DNA of 56,718 bases, the filler included, from Sphacelaria rigidula (lineage: Eukaryota), in NCBI GenBank assembly GCA_964200075.2. It is 6 parts of 6 records of this genome, joined end to end, with 100 filler letters (N's around TTAATTAATTAA, not from the genome) between each part and the next. Parts side by side here need not be neighbours in the genome. Positions count along the whole stretch, not along the records: positions 47,350 to 56,718 come from CAXNAA020008662.1; 5 more parts are not named here. One strand, 5' to 3'. Shown here piece after piece: positions 50,840-56,718 of the stretch (the first letter of the stretch is position 1; each line of letters opens with the position of its first letter). The notes beneath the pieces are model-generated. The model had not been told where the DNA came from. It searched no databases and saw nothing but the letters and a program-made list of their open reading frames with translations. The position numbers were made by a program, and so were the translations under genes.

Positions 50840-51245
50840 TTATCGTGATGAATCCATGATGTATATAGGTATCCATATGGGATATCCATGAGGGATACCC
50901 ACATCAATGGTAGCATCAGGGATACCCATCTTTTGGGTTAGTGTTAGGGTGGACATGGATATTGATCGTGGACATGACAGCTAGATATCCATGATGGATG
51001 TCCATATCACAGAGGGGTGTCACAGAGGGATATTCTAGATGGCTTATACACGATGAACATCCATGATTGATAGTCGCATCCTTCATGGATATCTCAGATG
51101 GATGTGAATATACATGGTGAATGCCCTCGATGGATGTCAGATCCGTCGTGAATATGCCAGATGTATGATGATGAATATTCATCATAAATCTGATATTCCC
51201 TGAGGATATCCTGTATGGACATCCAAATCCATGATGGATATTACA
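50840..51245. repeat. Degenerate ATCCATGATGGAT palindromic array with GGGTTAGTGTTAGGG
   Basis: Repeated (G)ATATCCATGATGGAT variants, with a telomere-like motif at 50935-50949. Confidence 0.65.
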
Positions 51246-51717
51246 CGATTACTCAAGCCTCCCCGTGGGGGGTGGGAAGGGGGGGGGGGGTTGTTCCTTG
51301 CCTTATGCCAAGCAGACAGAGCACCGTTCCTACTTCGAAAAGAGGGACCTCAGATCTTTGGGTGCGGTTCAGGTTTCCCCCATACATTACATGAGAACCT
51401 TTCACTTGTGTTATCCCCTTGCCATTTCGCCATCTGTAGCGATCGTCAATCTAGTATAGCAATCATCTTCTCGCTACTATTCAGTGTAGACACTTTCTAC
51501 GATAGCCCCCTGAGCAAAAGTGGCTGGTTGGGGGACACAAGATCTACACGCGAATTGAAATAAAAAACCGTGCATAACGAGCAGCTGAGAATTCCAACGC
51601 TTGGGTTCGTTTACGCCTACATCGCCCTTCTGCGGCGCTTCACGCAGCCTGAAACTAAACATCAAGCGTTGTGTGACCATTTTCCTCGGGACAGTTTTGG
51701 GATAGTTTTGGGGGGCG

Positions 51718-54170
51718 CGTACACATTTGTTGCTTGCCTCAGCCGTTTGACCATTGACCACGAGACCCTTTCGAGGCGGAGCACCGTTCCTACTCCTAAT
51801 AGAGACACGTCCAATATTCAGGCGCCCATTACGTTCCTCCCATGCATTACACAAAAGCCGTTTACATATCTTATCCCCGTCCTGTTTCGCCGTTTGTGTC
51901 CACCATTTATATCCTAGTATAGCTATTGTTTTCTCCCTACTGTCTAATGCATCAAACGATTTCATGCCACCTTCGTTCACGTCCCGCATTTCCCCCTCTA
52001 GCACGTCCCGTTTTTCCTTGAATAGTTCACATTTTCCCACCATACGACTTCTGCTCTCTATTGCTTTGCCACAGGGGCAATTCTGTCCATTTACTTCCTC
52101 CCCCTCTCGACGACTGGTGAATATCTTTCTTCTTTCTGGCAGGTCCAGGTCCCCCACCCGAAATCGTAGTTTCAAAATGTTCGCCGCGTCCATTGGGCCA
52201 TGCAGATATGCTTTCATCCCTATCCCCTCTCGCAACCGCCCGTATATCTTCAGGTGTTTTTCTTCGTCTACTTTGCGTCTGAGCGCTCCTTTTCCCCGAA
52301 TTTCTACCATGTCTCTTACTTTTGTCTTGTACCGGGCGCCTTCACCTATGGACAATATTTCGTCTCGATTTCCTCCTATCTCCTTCCATACACTTCTCCA
52401 CTTCTTCATCCCCCCTTATTCCAGCCCGCCCTTTCATAATTTCTTCCATACAATCCTGTCAACTATGGCCCGCAATCACTTTCTCTGCATGTTCTTTAAG
52501 CTATATTGCCATCGCATTTTTCTCATCTCTCTGCTAGATTTAAGTGAGTACATTGCCAACTCTGCTCTCAACGCTGTATTGCTCGTCGTTTTCGAGCCTC
52601 CAAGTATTTTCTTAGCTGCTGCTCTCTGTACTGTTTCCAACTTCTTCACCAGCTTCACGTTCCCCTCCCATGCTTCTCCTGCATATTCCAGCTTTGGTAC
52701 AGTCACCTTTATCAGAATATATTTCATAATCCTAGTGTCTAGATGCAAGTCTCTGATGATCACGTCCATCCTGCCTATCTGTGCCTCATCCTTTTCTATT
52801 ACTTTGTTTATGTGTGCATCCCAGAAACGGTTTTGTGAGATCTCTACGCCAAGGTATGTGTACTGGTGTACGATCGGCAGTTCCTCTTCTCCCCACTTCT
52901 TTACAGACAGGTACCACGCACTTGTTGACATTCGCTGTCACTCTCCATTTTCTCGTGTTTTCTAGTGTCTTGTCTATTTGTTTCTGTAATCCTTCTGGTG
53001 TTTCTAAAATCCCCGCAATATCATCCGCAAACATCAATCCTGATACCATATCTTTACCCATCTTGACTCCTTGCTTTGCTGCTTCTATCGTCAATATCAG
53101 GTCATGAATGGATACTTTGAATAAGGTAGGTGATAACGTACATCCATGTACAACTCCTTGTAAATATAAGACCTGTTTCGATATTCCCCGTCTACAGTGG
53201 CATCATGGCACTTTTGGCACATTCTGCCATCTTCTTTACCATCTTCACATCTTTCGTCTGATCCCAGTTTCCCACAACGTTTTTTCACAGCCCATTTCTC
53301 CATACTGTGTCATAAGTCTTTTGCATGCCCAGAAAGAAACAGTACGTGGTCAGCCCGGTGTCTTTCCTACGCTGAATAATCTTACCTAGTGTGTACACAT
53401 GGTCTACGCAACTACGGCTTGGTCTTAACCCTGCTTGCTCCTCGCTGATTTTCTATTCCTTTTATAGCATCGTTCCTACTCTATCGTTCAGAACCTTACG
53501 GATTGTTTTCCCTACCGTGCTCAGTAGCGTTATCCCTCTATAATTTCCTGGGTCAGCCTTGTCTCCTTTTAAAAAAGGGTTGACGATTCCTTCTTCTCTC
53601 CACCTCTGGCGTGTGTAATCGTTTTCCAGATCCAAATATACAGCATAACCACCATGGTTATCATTCCCTCTCCTCCGTACTTCAGAAACTCATTCACTAT
53701 TCCGCCTGCCCCTGCTGTCTTCCTGTTCTTGAGTTTAGCTACGCACTCCTTTACTTCATCTCTGGTGAACTCTCTCTGCAATTCCTTCGAGCCTCTATCC
53801 TCCCGTTCTGACGTCTTTACATTTGCCTCTGCCCGCGCGTTGATTTATTTTTCGAATTACATGTCGAACTCCGTGGTTGGTTTAGGTGTTTCTAATTTAC
53901 GGTAGTGCTCGACTAGGACTTCTCTCTTCCCCTTTGAACTTCTGAACATTTTCCTGTTTTGTGTCCGGAGTGTCGCTATTCCCGTGTCTATCTTTCCTGC
54001 CTGGTTTCTCGTTATCTCCTTTATCCCTACCCACATTTGTTTCATCCCGCCAACGAAATCTTCATTTGTTTTATTCACTATATCTTCCGATCTTCCCTTC
54101 TTTTTCTGCTGTACCATTTTCTTTACTTCCGTTCGAGCTTTCGTATACTACTCCCATCTTACCGTAGTTT
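51718..54170 (-). pseudogene. LINE, 5'-truncated and degenerate: RT plus C-terminal zinc knuckle, intact 3' end
   Basis: Motifs KTAGAGG, PGNYRGITLLST, EEQAGLR, GLMFADD, YTYLGV, LRAEL, KLRFRVG and CPCGKAIE...C. It ends ...ASNK just before GTACGCG + C-run. Same family as 37930-40315. The clade cannot be resolved by eye. Confidence 0.93.
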
Positions 54171-55229
54171 TACTCGATATGCATCTCGCGTGGGCAGCTC
54201 TCCTTACTCTTCAAGCTGCGAGTGGGCGCTAGAATGTGCATGTCGTACGCGCTGAGTTCGAGACAACCTTCCCCCCCGCCCTCCCGGACGATGAGATAAA
54301 CATATCTCCTCCCCAAACACCCTCACCCCCGCAGTGTTTTTTCACGTACTGTACTAGTCGTGTGTGGACGGACTACATGATGCTGTGAAGGCATGAGGGG
54401 TATGGTCTAAACATCTATACCCTTTCTATGTACTTCTCGAATGCTCAGCAGCACGACCATTCGTCTACAACAGGACAAAGCGGTGTATACCACGCTCGGG
54501 GACGGCTACTTCCCTATTCCCGTAAAGCCCATAGGCCCAATCTCCATATGCCGCATTACCAGCGCAGTGAAGATGCTTTTTTATGTAGTTGTACGTACCA
54601 TGCAGTGAAATATCGACTCTCGATGAGGCCTTCAGTGTACCTCAACAGCCAAAACGCGAGAGGGGCAACAGTAGCCGTCAGTTGGTCTAAATTCAAATAA
54701 ATTGGTGCGGACCTGTTAGCCCAAACGCTGAAACTTCATTATTTGGCGATGAAGAAGCGTTGCTTCACCCGATTCGGCCGCAAGGTTTTCCTATTCCCAC
54801 TATTCATAACACGACAGCGCAGCGGATGAGATTGCCGGACTGCCTTTTTGATGGCCCGTCTTGAATATCCCGAACCGTTTGTAGGGGTAGAGTCCCCTGA
54901 GAAGAGGTCCCAGAGTCTTTTGGAAATAAAACGCCCTGAGCTCGCTCAAACAGAGGCTCTGGTTGTAAGGTATTTCGTCAGCTGCTGCACCTCGTGGCAG
55001 TGTGCACAGGTTTCACTACAGTAAGACGTTTGACTTGGTGCGATGTGGAAGTCAATGCAGGATGCACAACAAGGAGGAAGCCATTACCCACAATCAAGGC
55101 TAACCGGTGTGAACTCGGCTTATTTCGTGGAAATGAGAAGAAAGAGAGTGTTCGAGACTGTCGAATAGGCCAAAGCTATGACTTGAGGCGACCCAAACCG
55201 AAGTGACAAGCCAGGAAGCTCGTGTCATC

Positions 55230-55954
55230 TTATCTCAGGAAGATACATCCGACACGTATCGTCATCGGTCAACACCAAGAGGACTCAGAAACGAACAAAT
55301 AGCAAGACGCGATAATGTCCACAGGTGAAAGTGGGGGTCACAGTACAAAAGTAAGAGGCATACTTGAAGGAAAACGAAGCGTTGAGACGGAATGTAGACG
55401 AGGAAGAGAACCTGAAGGTATAGAGGGAGCTAAGACAGGGGATAGGGATAAAAGCATATCTGCATAGCCCAACGAACTCCGCGAAAAAAAGGAAACTGCG
55501 ATTTCAGGTGGGGGACCTGGACCTGCCAGAGGGAAGAAAAAGATATACCAGGATGATAGTCGAGAGGAGAAGGATATCGATGCACAGAACTACCCCTGTG
55601 GCGAAGAAGTAGAGAGTAGAACTCGTAAATTGGCATAATGTGAACTGTACAATGAGTATAGGGACGAGCTAGGAGGGGAAGTGCGGGAAGTAAACGAAGG
55701 TGGCATGAAATCGTTTGATGCATCATTAGACAGTAGGGAGAAAACGATGGCTATACTAGGGGATAAAAGGTGGCCACGGACGGCGGAACAGGACGGGATA
55801 AGATGTATAAAAAGTTTGTTTGTAATGTATCGAAGAAGCGCAAAGAGCGCCAGAATGTTGGAGGTGTCTCTATTAGGAGGACGAACGGTGCTCCATCTCG
55901 AAAGGGATACGTGATCAATGGTCGAACGACTACGGCAAGCAACAAATGAATACG
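55230..55954 (+). mobile_element. LINE 3' fragment, same family
   Basis: REVNEGGMKSFDASLDSREKTMAILGDKRW. It ends GCAACAAATGAATACG + C7. Confidence 0.88.
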
Positions 55955-55979
55955 CCCCCCCGCCCGTCGCCTCCCCTAT

Positions 55980-56479
55980 GGGGTTGGCGTTAGTAGGCAA
56001 TGGCGCTGTAAGACACGCCACTCACTGCGTAAGCTAGGCAACCAGGTTACCGTTTGTTTGCGCGCTTGCGTTTTTTTTGCGGTAACCATGACGGTAGCCG
56101 AGCTACGTCATATTGTGCGAGGTGGGAGAAATTCAGTTCCGCGCAATGGGTATACATAGTACATGGTGTTTAAATGGTAAGACACCCATGAGGCAGTGTG
56201 TAACCCGTGACAGTCTCTGGAAGTAGCGATGTCAGATAACAAAGCAACTCATTGTAGCCTGTCATTCAAATGCAAGATGATCAGTACGCTTCGGGCCGAA
56301 CCATCTCAGCAGGATGCAGCTCTTCCTCCATGCCACTCGCCGAACACATCACGGCGCTTCGCGCTTGGTGACTGAATGCGAGCCTGGTCCGGCGAAAACC
56401 CGTCGTGCTCCGTCCCGGCTTTGTAGGGATGCCAGGTCAGTGGACATACGACTGCGGCATGCAAGATCATGATGAGTAC
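55980..56479 (+). mobile_element. SINE family B, full-length copy; a further partial copy at 56519-56718
   Basis: Starts GGGGTTGGCGTTAGTAGGC and ends GATGAGTAC + C-run. GGGTTAGGATTAGGGTTAGGGTTA separates it from the next copy. Confidence 0.85.
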
Positions 56480-56718
56480 CCCCCCCACACACACAGGGTT
56501 AGGATTAGGGTTAGGGTTACACCCATGAGGCAGTGTATAAGCCATGGCTGTCTCTGGAAGTCGCGATACCAGATAGTAAAGCAACTCACTGTAGGCTGTC
56601 ACCCAAATGCAAGATAATCAGTACGCTTCAGGCCGAACAATCTTAGCAGGATGCAGCTCACCCTTCATGCGACTCGCCGAACACACCACGGCGCTACGCG
56701 CTCGGTGATTGAGTGGGA

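Noticed and set aside
51754-52965. 403-aa plus-strand ORF (and the 280-aa ORF at 38147-38989)
   Set aside because: They are antisense shadows of the purine-rich LINE coding strand.

Overview
Eukaryotic, intron-rich, transposon-dense DNA. The gene and TE families suggest a stramenopile, most likely a brown alga (inference). The window is not contiguous. It is six contigs of 9370, 9370, 9370, 9370, 9369 and 9369 bp joined by 100-bp N spacers with a central TTAATTAATTAA linker, so adjacency across spacers is meaningless. Contig 1 holds a decayed Ty3/Gypsy retrotransposon (minus strand, 3' LTR 1213-1668) whose integrase ends in a chromodomain plus a Tudor/PWWP-like module. Contig 2 holds the convergent 3' ends of an FN3-domain gene (+) and a RUS1/DUF647 gene (-). 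Contig 3 holds five in-frame exons of exocyst subunit Exo84/EXOC8, one with a GC donor abutting a (GTT)n tract. Contig 4 holds two exons of an INPP4-type inositol phosphatase. Contig 5 holds a LINE fragment, nested MITEs and a decayed ORF ending in a divergent, tail-less histone H4-like fold. Contig 6 holds LINE and SINE copies. Across the window, a LINE and a ~480-bp SINE share the same 3' end and terminate at C-runs rather than poly(A), and target-site duplications (TSDs) support C/G-run targeting. All calls come from reading the sequence by eye; no searches were run.
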